Of a stretch of 64,000 nucleotides of DNA, positions 19,207-28,348 are shown piece by piece. The DNA comes from a virus. Taxonomy: Duplodnaviria > Caudoviricetes. Numbering within the stretch: position 1 is the stretch's first letter; each line of letters starts with the position of its first letter. The position numbers and the translations under genes are program-made. Location: IMG/VR virus record IMGVR_UViG_3300037313_001869, positions 1-64,000 of that record; one strand, written 5' to 3'. The notes beneath the pieces were generated by a model. The model did not search any database. It saw nothing but the letters and a program-made list of their open reading frames with translations, and was not told the DNA's origin.

Positions 19207-19556
19207 AGTTCTCGCCGAAGCAGTGCAAGCAATGCCCCTTCCGGCCCGGTTCAGCCCCGGGCTGGCTCGGGGGCTACGAGGCGCCCATCAACGTCTTCCG
19301 CTCGCTCTGGCACGGTGAGCCCTTCTTCTGCCATACGGCCATCGACTACGAGAAGCCCGACTGGCTCGAACGGGCCATGAAAAAGGGCAAGCTCTGCACT
19401 GGTGGCCTCGCCTTCGCGAACCTCACCCCCATGCCCCCGTCGGGGCACGAGGCCATCCGGATCGCCCGCGAGAAGGTCAAGCTCGCCGAGGGCATCGAGG
19501 TGATGCCCCCGAACGACTTCATGGCCTACCACAACCCGAAGGAGGACTCCCCGTGA
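19203..19556 (+). CDS. Cys-rich protein (CxxCPFR..FFCH..LCxG)
   Basis: GTGA overlap; Cys/His pattern common in phage proteins. Confidence 0.75.
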   Translation: MKFSPKQCKQCPFRPGSAPGWLGGYEAPINVFRSLWHGEPFFCHTAIDYEKPDWLERAMKKGKLCTGGLAFANLTPMPPSGHEAIRIAREKVKLAEGIEVMPPNDFMAYHNPKEDSP

Positions 19557-19861
19557 TCTTGCTGCGTTTTGCTCAGACCCGCCTTCTCTACTTCGGCCGT
19601 GATCGCTGGGAGAGGCTCCTCCAGCTCGCCCCGACCCACGACCCGACGGCGGCCGTTCACGAGGTGTTCGCGCTCGACGGCATCACGCAGTGGACCTCGG
19701 TGACCTTCAAGGCCCTGGTCTACATGAACGGCCTTCACAAGCTCGGGCGGGAGCTGCGCGACCTTCAAGAAGCCGGCGACGCGGCTGGGGTGGAGGCCAA
19801 ACGGCAGGAGATCGCAAAGCTCCAGGCCGAGGCCCTCGAAGCCTACCCGACCCTCGGGTGA
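19553..19861 (+). CDS. hypothetical protein
   Basis: AGGAGG SD, GTGA overlap. Confidence 0.75.
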   Translation: MILLRFAQTRLLYFGRDRWERLLQLAPTHDPTAAVHEVFALDGITQWTSVTFKALVYMNGLHKLGRELRDLQEAGDAAGVEAKRQEIAKLQAEALEAYPTLG

Positions 19862-20400
19862 TGGGGCGAGTCGTGGTCTACGACGACGATTCCGATCGCG
19901 AATACTACGACGACTACTACGCCGAGCTGGACGCCGTGGACCCGTGGCGCGACGCGGGCCCCGAATACGGCGTCTTCGAGAGCGACATCCAGGAGAAGCT
20001 CGAAGCCCACCGGAGGGGAGATCACTTCCGGTGCTACCACGGTCCGGACTGGCGCTGGCCTGAGACGATACCCGGCTTTCTTCAGCTCGAACAGAAGCTC
20101 TCGGCCGCGCTCGCCGCCGAGGGCTTTCTCTGGGCGCACTTCGGAGAGAACGTCCAGGGCGGACTCTTCGTCGTCTACCTGAGCCTCAGCCACACCACCC
20201 GCCCCCATGTCCGGCCCCACCTCGAAGACGCGCTCATCTGCATGGAGGGTGGCTACCGCACCGAGACGACCCCGGTAGGGGTGCGAGAGTGGGACGAGCT
20301 GTTCGGGGAGATCGCCAACTTCGTACGTTGTAACTCGCTCGGGCGTTACGGACGGATTCTTAGCGAGAAGTGTCAGATCCCCACAGGAGGGACGCTCTAG
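19861..20400 (+). CDS. hypothetical protein
   Basis: TGATG coupling; acidic/Tyr-rich N-terminus. Confidence 0.7.
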   Translation: MGRVVVYDDDSDREYYDDYYAELDAVDPWRDAGPEYGVFESDIQEKLEAHRRGDHFRCYHGPDWRWPETIPGFLQLEQKLSAALAAEGFLWAHFGENVQGGLFVVYLSLSHTTRPHVRPHLEDALICMEGGYRTETTPVGVREWDELFGEIANFVRCNSLGRYGRILSEKCQIPTGGTL

Positions 20401-20405
20401 CGGCC

Positions 20406-20720
20406 ATGTTGACCAACCTCACCCCCCACGCGATCGTGTTCACCACCGGCCTCACCGTTCCGCCGAGCGGCCAGGTAGCCCGCTGCGCCCAGGTCTCCCA
20501 GCCCGCGGGCGAGGCGGACGGCGTGCCGCTCTTCCACACGGCCTACGGCGCCGTCGAGGGGCTGCCCGAGCCCGTTTCCGGTACCCTCTACATCGTCTCG
20601 GCCATGGTTCGCGCCGCCGTGCCCCACCGGCAGGACGTGGCAAGCCCCGGCGACCTGGTCCGGGACGGCGAGGGGAAGGTGACGGGCTGCAAGGGACTCG
20701 TCGTCAACCCTCCGGTGTAA
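20406..20720 (+). CDS. conserved phage protein (NLTPH-motif type)
   Basis: NLTPH..PPSG..AR..LPEP..YIVS..R.D..PG..RD.G...GC. Confidence 0.8.
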   Translation: MLTNLTPHAIVFTTGLTVPPSGQVARCAQVSQPAGEADGVPLFHTAYGAVEGLPEPVSGTLYIVSAMVRAAVPHRQDVASPGDLVRDGEGKVTGCKGLVVNPPV

Positions 20721-20729
20721 CCCGGGGAC

Positions 20730-20969
20730 ATGGACTTCGCGGCCGACCTCTGGCCCTACCACGAGCAGACGCTCACCTACCGGGAGCTTATGGGAGTGTT
20801 GGAGGCGGCCCTTCAGCGAAACAGTCACGAGCTGACCCCGGAGTTCGGGTACGAGGAGCTGGAGAGGCTCGTCTTTCGGCGAGGCTGGGTCCGGGAGACG
20901 CCCGGCGGCTTCTGCGTGACGGTGCCCTTTCCACAGACCACCCGGTACAACCGGCCCGAGCCGGTGTAG
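20730..20969 (+). CDS. small hypothetical protein, RF tag
   Basis: GGTGTA at 20714; ends TRYNRPEPV*. Confidence 0.8.
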   Translation: MDFAADLWPYHEQTLTYRELMGVLEAALQRNSHELTPEFGYEELERLVFRRGWVRETPGGFCVTVPFPQTTRYNRPEPV

Positions 20970-20978
20970 ATTGCTCTC

Positions 20979-21036
20979 GGACGCCCCCGCTACTGGCCTG
21001 ACCCTCCTGGACGGCAGCGGGGGCGTCGTCTTTTTT
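20979..21036 (+). ncRNA. candidate small hairpin RNA / intrinsic terminator
   Basis: GGTGTA at 20963 with no ORF after it; perfect 12-bp stem 20980-20991/21016-21027; loop contains CCTCCT; T6 tail. Confidence 0.5.
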
Positions 21037-21065
21037 GGAAAACCGAGCGAGTCGCGTTCGTCTAG
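21037..21065 (+). promoter_or_regulatory. GGAAAA-N16-CGTCTAG promoter-like element
   Basis: 5 nt before ATG 21071. Confidence 0.7.
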
Positions 21066-21070
21066 GGCCC

Positions 21071-21301
21071 ATGGCAACCCCCAAGACGACCTCCGACCGA
21101 TTCGCGAAGATGGCCCTCGACAAGGCCAAGGCCCGTATGGGCGTGGGCTGGGACCTGCTCTCGACCGAGATGCAGGAGGCGCTTGTCTGCCGCGAGCTGC
21201 TCTGCATCATCCGGCACCAGGAAGGCGAAAAGTGGACTGCGGCGGTCGAGGTCGCCGATACTCTCTTCTCCCTGACCGAGACCCTGTCCAAGAAGCCCTG
21301 A
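21071..21301 (+). CDS. small hypothetical protein
   Basis: MATPKTTSDRFAK; follows promoter motif. Confidence 0.75.
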   Translation: MATPKTTSDRFAKMALDKAKARMGVGWDLLSTEMQEALVCRELLCIIRHQEGEKWTAAVEVADTLFSLTETLSKKP

Positions 21302-21304
21302 GAG

Positions 21305-21595
21305 GTGCATGTGAACGACGCCGAAAAAACCAACTTTCTCCTGCAAACGTCGAACCTCCTGATGTCCACGGCGATCGGCGATCGACTGGAAATCACGTTT
21401 GCTGCCGACCACTTCCGGGCTGAACTTCCCTCGAAGGTCGCCCTCTGTCTGACCGTGAAGGGAGTCGTCACGGTCGAGGTCCCAAGCCTCACGCTTCCGG
21501 TCCGAGGCGTGCCCAAGCTCATCGAGGACCTGTCGTCCATGCACGACGTGGCCGAGTTTCTCCTTCGGTGGCTTGCTGGGCAGAAGGTCAGCTAA
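21305..21595 (+). CDS. hypothetical protein
   Basis: Fills operon gap; start 21305 or 21311. Confidence 0.7.
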   Translation: MHVNDAEKTNFLLQTSNLLMSTAIGDRLEITFAADHFRAELPSKVALCLTVKGVVTVEVPSLTLPVRGVPKLIEDLSSMHDVAEFLLRWLAGQKVS

Positions 21596-21603
21596 GGGTT
21601 TCG

Positions 21604-22053
21604 ATGGAAGTGTCGGTCGGGATGTGGCTCCGCAGGCGGGGGCTCGGCGTACATGGCTTTGCCGTGGTGGAAGACCGCGGCGCGGGCATGATCCGACTTC
21701 GCTACACGGACGGTACCTCCGAGCGGTGGAACGAGTCCTCGCTCGGAGACTTCTGGCGGCCGAACGACTCCCCGGGGCAAGGGCCAGTGCCAGGCTGGAT
21801 GGCCCCGGGGGTAACGATCTATCTCAACGAGTCGGCCCTTGAGGACCGTATGCGGATCGGGGACCAACGAAGCCAGGGCCCGGCCACCATCTTGGAGGTC
21901 CGCGAGGGGCTGGTTCGCTGGGCCTGGGTGGGAGATGGGGCCCGCTACGAGGTCTCGACGGCGGCGTTGATCGCGCGGACCTTCCGGTACGACCCGGCCA
22001 CATTGCCATTGCCGACCCACCCAAGCCGCTTTGATCGGGGCGAGGTGATCTGA
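21604..22053 (+). CDS. PxW-G beta-domain protein (family E), RF tag
   Basis: VPGWMAPG; ends PSRFDRGEVI*. Confidence 0.8.
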   Translation: MEVSVGMWLRRRGLGVHGFAVVEDRGAGMIRLRYTDGTSERWNESSLGDFWRPNDSPGQGPVPGWMAPGVTIYLNESALEDRMRIGDQRSQGPATILEVREGLVRWAWVGDGARYEVSTAALIARTFRYDPATLPLPTHPSRFDRGEVI

Positions 22054-22100
22054 GATAGGTCGAAAATCCCCGTGTTTTCTGGTGTAACCTACTACGAGCC

Positions 22101-23072
22101 ATGCACGTAGCCCACCCCCCAGCCCCGCCCGATTCCGCCGTTGAAGACGAGGCTGTGGTGGCGTCCGATGCGGAACCAGAACCGGAGTCGGAAGAAGCCG
22201 AAGAGGCCGAACCGAACCCCGAGACCGAGATCGCGGCGTTCATCGAGCAGGCGAAGCGCTTCAACCAGAAGCGCCGGTTCGTGTCGCCCTACCGCCGCTA
22301 CGACCCGACGATCTACGAGCCGCGGTTCAACGGGCTCATCGGCGACGTGTTCCCTGACCAGCGACATTACCAGGAGATGTTCATCCGGGGCGTCATCTCC
22401 CAGGATGAAGATACGAACGGGCCAATAACCCTGACGGGGGAGGTCCGGTTTGCGCAACACCACCGGGTGGCCGCCCCGTACCAGGGCGAGCCCCCGCGGA
22501 TCTCGACGATCGATTTTGGGCCCCCTACGACCCCTCGCCCCCCGATCCCGCGTCCGGCGCGCAACGAGACCCTCGCCCAGTTTCGGGCCCGGCAGGCGAA
22601 AGAGGAGAAGCGGAAGATCGTCATCCGGGGAGAGCTGCCCGAGAGCATCCGGCGCAAGACCCCCCGGAAGAAGCTCGACCTTTCGCCGCCCCCACCGACC
22701 CCTCCCCTGACCGTGAAGGAGCTTGCCTGGCTTGCGCTCCCGGTCGAGAAGCCGAAAGCCCCGGAGCCCATCGCCCCCGACCAACGGGTACCCGAGGCCC
22801 TCGTGCAAGAGGTTCTGGCCGCAATCGTTGAGAAACCGAAGCCCCCGGAGCCTCCGGCGAGCGACGTGGACCGGGCTCTTTTGCTGGTCGAGGTGCGGAG
22901 CCTTTTTGCCCGCCGCCCGGTCTGGACCGCAGACGAGGTGGGGGATGCCATCCTCGACGACTTCCCTGAGATCGTGGCCCATGTCCCATGGGCGCTCTAC
23001 GAGCTTGAGCAGCGGGGCTACCTCCGGCGCACGGCCGAGGGCTTTGCCACGGTGTACGAGGAAGAGCCATGA
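22101..23072 (+). CDS. Pro-rich protein with possible C-terminal winged helix
   Basis: GGTGTA at 22081; WTADEV..ALYELEQRGYL. Confidence 0.75.
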   Translation: MHVAHPPAPPDSAVEDEAVVASDAEPEPESEEAEEAEPNPETEIAAFIEQAKRFNQKRRFVSPYRRYDPTIYEPRFNGLIGDVFPDQRHYQEMFIRGVISQDEDTNGPITLTGEVRFAQHHRVAAPYQGEPPRISTIDFGPPTTPRPPIPRPARNETLAQFRARQAKEEKRKIVIRGELPESIRRKTPRKKLDLSPPPPTPPLTVKELAWLALPVEKPKAPEPIAPDQRVPEALVQEVLAAIVEKPKPPEPPASDVDRALLLVEVRSLFARRPVWTADEVGDAILDDFPEIVAHVPWALYELEQRGYLRRTAEGFATVYEEEP

Positions 23073-23308
23073 CCGACGAAGCGCAACCCGAAAAGTGGCT
23101 CGTTCTACACGCCGAGCTGGTCGACAGGCGTTCATACCAACGCTGGGTCGTGGTGCGCCTGTCGTTCGACTACACGCATGGCAACGGGACCGCGGGCAAG
23201 ATCGGTCTGCGTCGGGAATCGGACGGAGCTGAGCAAGAGCTTCCGATCGAAGAGATTCGGGCGCACTTCGGGCCTCCCCCTAACCGCTTCGAGCGCGAGA
23301 TCCTGTGA
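23069..23308 (+). CDS. small beta-domain protein, RF tag
   Basis: ATGA overlap; ends PNRFEREIL*. Confidence 0.8.
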   Translation: MTDEAQPEKWLVLHAELVDRRSYQRWVVVRLSFDYTHGNGTAGKIGLRRESDGAEQELPIEEIRAHFGPPPNRFEREIL

Positions 23309-23511
23309 GCGAGACCCGTTGCCCCGAGTGCAACGGCCGGATCATCTACCGGCCTTGTCCTTGCGTCACCTTGGCCCTCGAAATGGCCGTAGGCGACGGC
23401 AACCGTTTCAACCGTGCTCTCAACCTGGACCGTATCGAGCAGCTACGCCGATTCCTCACGATGATGCGCGTAAGCCTCGCCTACCCAAGGCACCATGGCC
23501 ATCACCCCTGA
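23305..23511 (+). CDS. small Cys-rich protein
   Basis: GTGA overlap; CPEC..CPC. Confidence 0.6.
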   Translation: MSETRCPECNGRIIYRPCPCVTLALEMAVGDGNRFNRALNLDRIEQLRRFLTMMRVSLAYPRHHGHHP

Positions 23512-23854
23512 ACAAGCCCGCGCCCTTACCCCCGACGACTGCAACCGCATCAAGCAGCTCGAAACCTCCATCGACTCTCAGTTGACCCAGAGGTACGATG
23601 GGGTGTCGTTCACGTTCCAGTTCTCAACCGATCCTCCTCTGAAAGAGAGGGTCGCGAAGGAGCTGGAGCGGCTCTACCGGGCGTCGAACTGGCAGGTCGA
23701 GCTGAAGCGTCACGCCAGCAACGGGACCCCCCTTGCGATCATCCTCTCCGAGCCGAAGACCGTGGCCGGGGTGAAGGTCCCGGCCCCCGGCGAGCAAACC
23801 CGGTTCGATCACAAGGACCCTCTCGAAGGCGCCGAGCGGCCCAAGCAGTCATGA
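23495..23854 (+). CDS. hypothetical protein, near-terminal RF tag
   Basis: TRFDHKDPL followed by 9 more residues. Confidence 0.8.
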   Translation: MAITPEQARALTPDDCNRIKQLETSIDSQLTQRYDGVSFTFQFSTDPPLKERVAKELERLYRASNWQVELKRHASNGTPLAIILSEPKTVAGVKVPAPGEQTRFDHKDPLEGAERPKQS

Positions 23855-24252
23855 ACGTCTCTCCCGGGCAGAAGCTCTGGAACCGCAGCAAGCCGACGGC
23901 CTTTCTCGTGGTCGACCGGGTGGTCAACGACTGCGTGTGGGTCCGCTACCCGGGAATGGAAGAGGCCGTGCCCATGCTCGCCGAGGTCTTCGAGCGGGAG
24001 TGGGAGGTGGGGGACAGGTCACCCATGGTGCCTTCGTGGATTGTCGAAGGGGCGCTCGCCCTGTCGAAGACCAAGGACGATGTCCTCCGGTACTGGGCAG
24101 CCCCTCCGTCGGTCGTCGTCATGCGCGTGAGCGGCGAGCACGTTTACTTCCCCGGACAGGGCGGCATCTTGAGGTTTCATTACGCGGATTTCCTAGAGAA
24201 CTTCTACCCGGCCTCCGCCCCAACCCGGTTCGACCGCGACGAGACCCTGTGA
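23851..24252 (+). CDS. family E protein, RF tag
   Basis: VPSWIVEG; ends PTRFDRDETL*. Confidence 0.85.
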   Translation: MNVSPGQKLWNRSKPTAFLVVDRVVNDCVWVRYPGMEEAVPMLAEVFEREWEVGDRSPMVPSWIVEGALALSKTKDDVLRYWAAPPSVVVMRVSGEHVYFPGQGGILRFHYADFLENFYPASAPTRFDRDETL

Positions 24253-24259
24253 GGCCGCC

Positions 24260-24670
24260 ATGGTGACCCTCGCGTACGCCTACCTGACCATCATGCTCAT
24301 CGGGCTCGCCGCTGCGGTTGTGTCTGTCTACCAGCACGTAGCCGAGCCCGACCCCTTGGAGAAGGGGGGCTTTTCGGTCTACGTTCTACCTTTTTTCCTC
24401 GCCCTCGTCTGGCCGATCACCCTCGTCGTGGTCTTTGCCCAGGATGCCCATGACCGGCAGAAGCAAAAGATAGAGCGCGCCCAGCGAGAGGCCGAAACGG
24501 AAGCCGCCTTCCGGGCACGGGAGGAAGAGCTTGCCCGTGCTCGGGCCGAGGGGGAGAGGCGGGCCCAAGAGTTCCGCGAGATGCTCAAGAGGAGCGCCGA
24601 GGTTCATCGGCTCATGCAGTCTATTCGGATTGAGCCCTCGACCCGGTTCGAGAGGGACGAGGTGCTCTGA
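24260..24670 (+). CDS. family D membrane protein, RF tag
   Basis: Two hydrophobic segments, LVWP, coiled coil; TRFERDEVL*. Confidence 0.85.
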   Translation: MVTLAYAYLTIMLIGLAAAVVSVYQHVAEPDPLEKGGFSVYVLPFFLALVWPITLVVVFAQDAHDRQKQKIERAQREAETEAAFRAREEELARARAEGERRAQEFREMLKRSAEVHRLMQSIRIEPSTRFERDEVL

Positions 24671-25113
24671 TGGTCGCCTGGCTCTCTGCTCATCTCCCCT
24701 CGTGGCTTCCGGTCTGGGTGCCGCTCACCTACGGCGGCATCACGCTGGTTTTCTACCTTGTCTTGCTCGTTGTTTTCATCAACGATCACGGGTTCTGGAA
24801 GGTCCTTGAAGCGGCCTTGCCACTCGCCCTCTTTGTGGTTCTCTGGCCGGTGTCTGTACCGTTCCTCATTCTCGACATTCGCCGGGACGAGCGGATCGCG
24901 GCCCAGCGGAGGATGGGAGTCGAAGAGGCCCTGCGCCGGGACGAAGAGACACGCGAGAGGCTAGAGCAGGAGCGGCGCCGGCTCGCTCAGCTTCCGCCGC
25001 CTGCCCCTGTGAACCTGCACCCGGTGGTGCCAGCCCAGCCCCCGCCCGAACCTGAACCGACCCCCAAACCCGAGCCCTTTGTGAGCCGTTACGAGAGAGA
25101 CGACGTGCTATGA
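24670..25113 (+). CDS. family D membrane protein, RF tag
   Basis: Two hydrophobic segments, VLWP, Pro linker; SRYERDDVL*. Confidence 0.85.
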   Translation: MVAWLSAHLPSWLPVWVPLTYGGITLVFYLVLLVVFINDHGFWKVLEAALPLALFVVLWPVSVPFLILDIRRDERIAAQRRMGVEEALRRDEETRERLEQERRRLAQLPPPAPVNLHPVVPAQPPPEPEPTPKPEPFVSRYERDDVL

Positions 25114-25610
25114 ACCAAAAAGTTCTTCATGCCTGGGAGTGGTTGTCGGACCACTGGTGGAAGGTCTACCTGATCGGTTTCGCGGTCGGAGTGATCTGGT
25201 TTCTTCTCGCCGTTGCGATCGACGTGTACCGCGGGAAGTACCACCACCGGGAATACGGCCCGTACATCGCCGGAGCGATCTTCTGGCCAATCGCGGTCGT
25301 GATCCTGGTGGTGGTACTTGCCTTCAAGGGCATCCCGGATTTTCTGACCAAGCTGAGCGTCCGGCAGTACCGGAAGCAGCAGGCGCTAGAAGCCATCCGG
25401 CTGGAGAATGAACGCCGGATCGCCCAGATGACCGCAGCGGCCAACCGGCCCCCAACCCCAACCCCAGTGCCCATCGTTGCGGTCTCTCCGGTTCGGGGGG
25501 ACGCGCCCCCGCTTCTGCCTCGGCCGGTACCGACCCCACCCCCGCCTCCTTCTGAGCCCTCAGAGGCGACAGGGCACACCCGCTTCGACAGGGACGAGCC
25601 GCTGCTGTGA
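25110..25610 (+). CDS. family D membrane protein, RF tag
   Basis: Two hydrophobic segments, IFWP, Pro linker; TRFDRDEPLL*. Confidence 0.85.
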   Translation: MNQKVLHAWEWLSDHWWKVYLIGFAVGVIWFLLAVAIDVYRGKYHHREYGPYIAGAIFWPIAVVILVVVLAFKGIPDFLTKLSVRQYRKQQALEAIRLENERRIAQMTAAANRPPTPTPVPIVAVSPVRGDAPPLLPRPVPTPPPPPSEPSEATGHTRFDRDEPLL

Positions 25611-25981
25611 AGGTCGGCGACTGGCTTACCGACGGGGGCTCGCGCAGAGCCGTGATCGAGAGCATCGAGGGCGACTGGGCCTCGTGCCGGGTCTCGGACT
25701 TTCCGGGCCCGTACCAGTTTTCCCTTCAAGGCAACACGACCTGGCGCTTGCTCGTCCGGCATAAGAGCCGGCATCCTTCGGTGCCCGAGTGGTTGAGGCC
25801 GGAACTTCGGTTTCGGGGCAAAGAGGGCCCTTTTTTCGTCACCGTGGTCGAGGTACGTGGCCCCTGGGTTCTCGCGAAGGGTGACCGTAAGGAAATCATT
25901 TACCTCTGGGAGGTACCTGCGTTTCTCGCGGCGTTCGAGCCCGTGCAGAGCCGGTACGACAGGATCGATGGCGTGGAGTGA
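25607..25981 (+). CDS. family E protein, RF tag
   Basis: VPEWLRP; ends SRYDRIDGVE*. Confidence 0.8.
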   Translation: MKVGDWLTDGGSRRAVIESIEGDWASCRVSDFPGPYQFSLQGNTTWRLLVRHKSRHPSVPEWLRPELRFRGKEGPFFVTVVEVRGPWVLAKGDRKEIIYLWEVPAFLAAFEPVQSRYDRIDGVE

Positions 25982-26270
25982 AGAGCGGGCGAGGGCGTGG
26001 GCGTGGGGGGTTGCGCGGGAGATGACCCAAGACGCGGTCAACGACCGGTCCGAGGCGCTGCTCTCGTCGGTTGGGGCGCTCTACGCCATGGCCGATCAGG
26101 GCTACGGCTGCGCTACCCCCCATGATTTTCAGACCTATCTCTGGCAAGTGGTCGGGTGGGATGTTGTCTCCTCCGAAGAAGAACGGATCGCCCTAGAGAC
26201 CACCCCTGACCCTCTCCCACCCCCGACTATCCCTCGCCGGAGCCGCTACAAGCGCAAGCCCGTGGTGTAA
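25968..26270 (+). CDS. hypothetical protein, variant tag
   Basis: Pro linker; ends SRYKRKPVV*. Confidence 0.7.
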   Translation: MAWSEERARAWAWGVAREMTQDAVNDRSEALLSSVGALYAMADQGYGCATPHDFQTYLWQVVGWDVVSSEEERIALETTPDPLPPPTIPRRSRYKRKPVV

Positions 26271-26318
26271 GGTATCTCCCGGACGGCGGCGCGCACCCAA
26301 GGGCTTCTCGGCCCTATC

Positions 26319-26963
26319 ATGTACTTTTGCGCCATGGAAGATACCATGACCATGCACATGACTGTCGAGGACTGGCTGGCAACACCTTCCCAAGGGCCGG
26401 CTTCGCAGACAAGGCCCAAGCGGGCCCTCCGCTACTGCGGAGTCAGCGTGGGGGTGTCGGGCCGGCCTTACCCTTTTGTGGTCCGGGACCCGGCAAAGAT
26501 CCCCGATCAGCCGGTTCTCATGGCGCAGACCTACGACGCGGCTGATGCTCCGAGGCTCGCGAAAGAGCTGGTCGCCGAGTACAAGAAGCAGACCCGGGAC
26601 GAGGTCCGAGGGGCCCCGGCCCCGAAGCCTCAGGCCCTCCCGCCGGAGTTCGCCCCCGGCGAGGTCGTCTACCACGCCGACGGCTACGGCTTTCACCCGG
26701 CCGTCCTGCTCGCCACGCGCGGCGACGAGCATCTTCTGCTCTTCCTTACCTCGAACCCCGACTGGAACCCCTTCTGCCGCCGTCTCGGGAGGGACGAGGC
26801 CGCCCTCACCGGGGTACCCATCAAGCGGGCCACGTACTTCGCTCCGGTCGTCCGCCGGGGCGACATCAGCCCGAGCGGCGTCTCTTTCCCGAGCCACCGC
26901 GTCGCCTCGCTTCTCGCCGAGTTCTTCCCCGAGCGCCGGATCGCGCAGCTCCGCTACTACTGA
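26319..26963 (+). CDS. hypothetical protein
   Basis: GC3 bias; start uncertain (26319-26358). Confidence 0.75.
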   Translation: MYFCAMEDTMTMHMTVEDWLATPSQGPASQTRPKRALRYCGVSVGVSGRPYPFVVRDPAKIPDQPVLMAQTYDAADAPRLAKELVAEYKKQTRDEVRGAPAPKPQALPPEFAPGEVVYHADGYGFHPAVLLATRGDEHLLLFLTSNPDWNPFCRRLGRDEAALTGVPIKRATYFAPVVRRGDISPSGVSFPSHRVASLLAEFFPERRIAQLRYY

Positions 26964-26982
26964 ACCGGTGTCCTAGGCTTCC

Positions 26983-27159
26983 ATGACGACACGAAAGCCT
27001 CCCGCCGGTGGGGGCCGCGAATGGAAGAAGAGGCTTGCTCGCCGCACCTGGAGGATCGCCAAGGTCACCTACGAGGTCGACTGCGGCCCCTCGTGGGGAG
27101 CGGTCTACCCGGTCACCATCACCTTCGAGAAGGGAGCGGCGCCGTGCCCCGAGAGCTGA
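26983..27159 (+). CDS. small hypothetical protein (58 aa)
   Basis: Not in ORF track; GGTGTC at 26967; MTTRKPPAGGGREWKKR. Confidence 0.55.
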   Translation: MTTRKPPAGGGREWKKRLARRTWRIAKVTYEVDCGPSWGAVYPVTITFEKGAAPCPES

Positions 27160-27479
27160 ATCCCGTTCAGGATTTCATGGACAAGGCGTACACGATTCTC
27201 GTACGTGAGGCCGGGGCTTCGGAACGAGGGCGAGAGGATTTCCTTTTTCACTGCGGCGATCTCGAAGGCTTCCGGAGCTTCCGCGAGTACCGCTTCGGCG
27301 GCTCCCTCGGCCACGGGGGCAAGTTCCGGATCGAGGAGTACCACAAGCCGCCCTTCTTCGTGACGGCCTACTCCGAAGACGAGACCAAGAAGGTCAAGGC
27401 CATGATCGAGAAGACGAACGCGGCCCTCTCGGCTCTTTTCGACGAGCACAGGCACGTTTTCGTCTCTCCGCCGGTGTAG
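27144..27479 (+). CDS. hypothetical phage protein
   Basis: EYRFGGSLGHGGKFR; start uncertain. Confidence 0.75.
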   Translation: MPRELNPVQDFMDKAYTILVREAGASERGREDFLFHCGDLEGFRSFREYRFGGSLGHGGKFRIEEYHKPPFFVTAYSEDETKKVKAMIEKTNAALSALFDEHRHVFVSPPV

Positions 27480-27488
27480 GAACGGCTC

Positions 27489-27890
27489 ATGCAGGGCAAG
27501 ATCAGAATCGACAACCAGGCGTACTTCGTGGACGAGTCCGATGGGGTGCTGCACCTTTCGACCCATGACAGCCCCGTGGCGACCTGGAACGGCTGGAAGA
27601 AGGTCGAGTGGCACATGGATCTGCCCGAGGAGCTGAAGGCTCGAATCTCGGCAGCCCAGGAGGGCCTGCGAAGGGCCGCGCGCCAGCTCACCTACGGCTA
27701 CCTCTACCAGGGGCCGGAAGCCTTCGACCAGCTCCGCAAGGTCTTTCTCTTCGACGCCAAGATCATCGATCGGCCCTACGTTCTGAAGACGCCGACCGGG
27801 ATCATCACGGCCAAGAGCCTCCGAAGCCTCGCGTGGAAGGTCTTGCGAGACAAGCTCTCTGGCCGGGAGACGAGCGAAAATCCTGGCTGA
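27489..27890 (+). CDS. hypothetical protein
   Basis: GGTGTA at 27473. Confidence 0.8.
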   Translation: MQGKIRIDNQAYFVDESDGVLHLSTHDSPVATWNGWKKVEWHMDLPEELKARISAAQEGLRRAARQLTYGYLYQGPEAFDQLRKVFLFDAKIIDRPYVLKTPTGIITAKSLRSLAWKVLRDKLSGRETSENPG

Positions 27891-27928
27891 TCCGTCAGAG
27901 CTACCCCGGCTTCGGTGTTAGAGGGATC

Positions 27929-28327
27929 ATGTTCCCGTATGTCGGAGCCTGGGTCGTCTCCAAGCAGCACAGCCCTCGGGTCCTGGGCGTTGTGATCCGT
28001 CCGACGCCCAACGGCAAAGGCTTCTGGGTGAGCAAGTCCGGCACGATCGAGAGCACGTTCTATTCCCTCGACGAGTTCCGGGACGCCTGGGACGTGATCG
28101 AGGTGGACGAGGAGGCGAAGCTGCCCGGCTGGGTCTTCGTGGGGGCCGAGTTCCGGGGGCGGCATGAGGACGCGACGGTGCTCGGCCAGATCACCGAGAT
28201 CCGCGGGAACTACCTCCGGTTCAAGGCTCGGACGCACCATAACGTCATCATCGAGGCCCGGGATTTCCTGGCCCGGTTCGCTCCGGTGGTCTGCCCCTCG
28301 CGGTTCGAGCGCGACGAGGTGCTCTAA
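27929..28327 (+). CDS. family E protein, RF tag
   Basis: LPGWVFVG; ends PSRFERDEVL*. Confidence 0.85.
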   Translation: MFPYVGAWVVSKQHSPRVLGVVIRPTPNGKGFWVSKSGTIESTFYSLDEFRDAWDVIEVDEEAKLPGWVFVGAEFRGRHEDATVLGQITEIRGNYLRFKARTHHNVIIEARDFLARFAPVVCPSRFERDEVL

Positions 28328-28348
28328 TCTTTCACTGGGCTGGACGAG

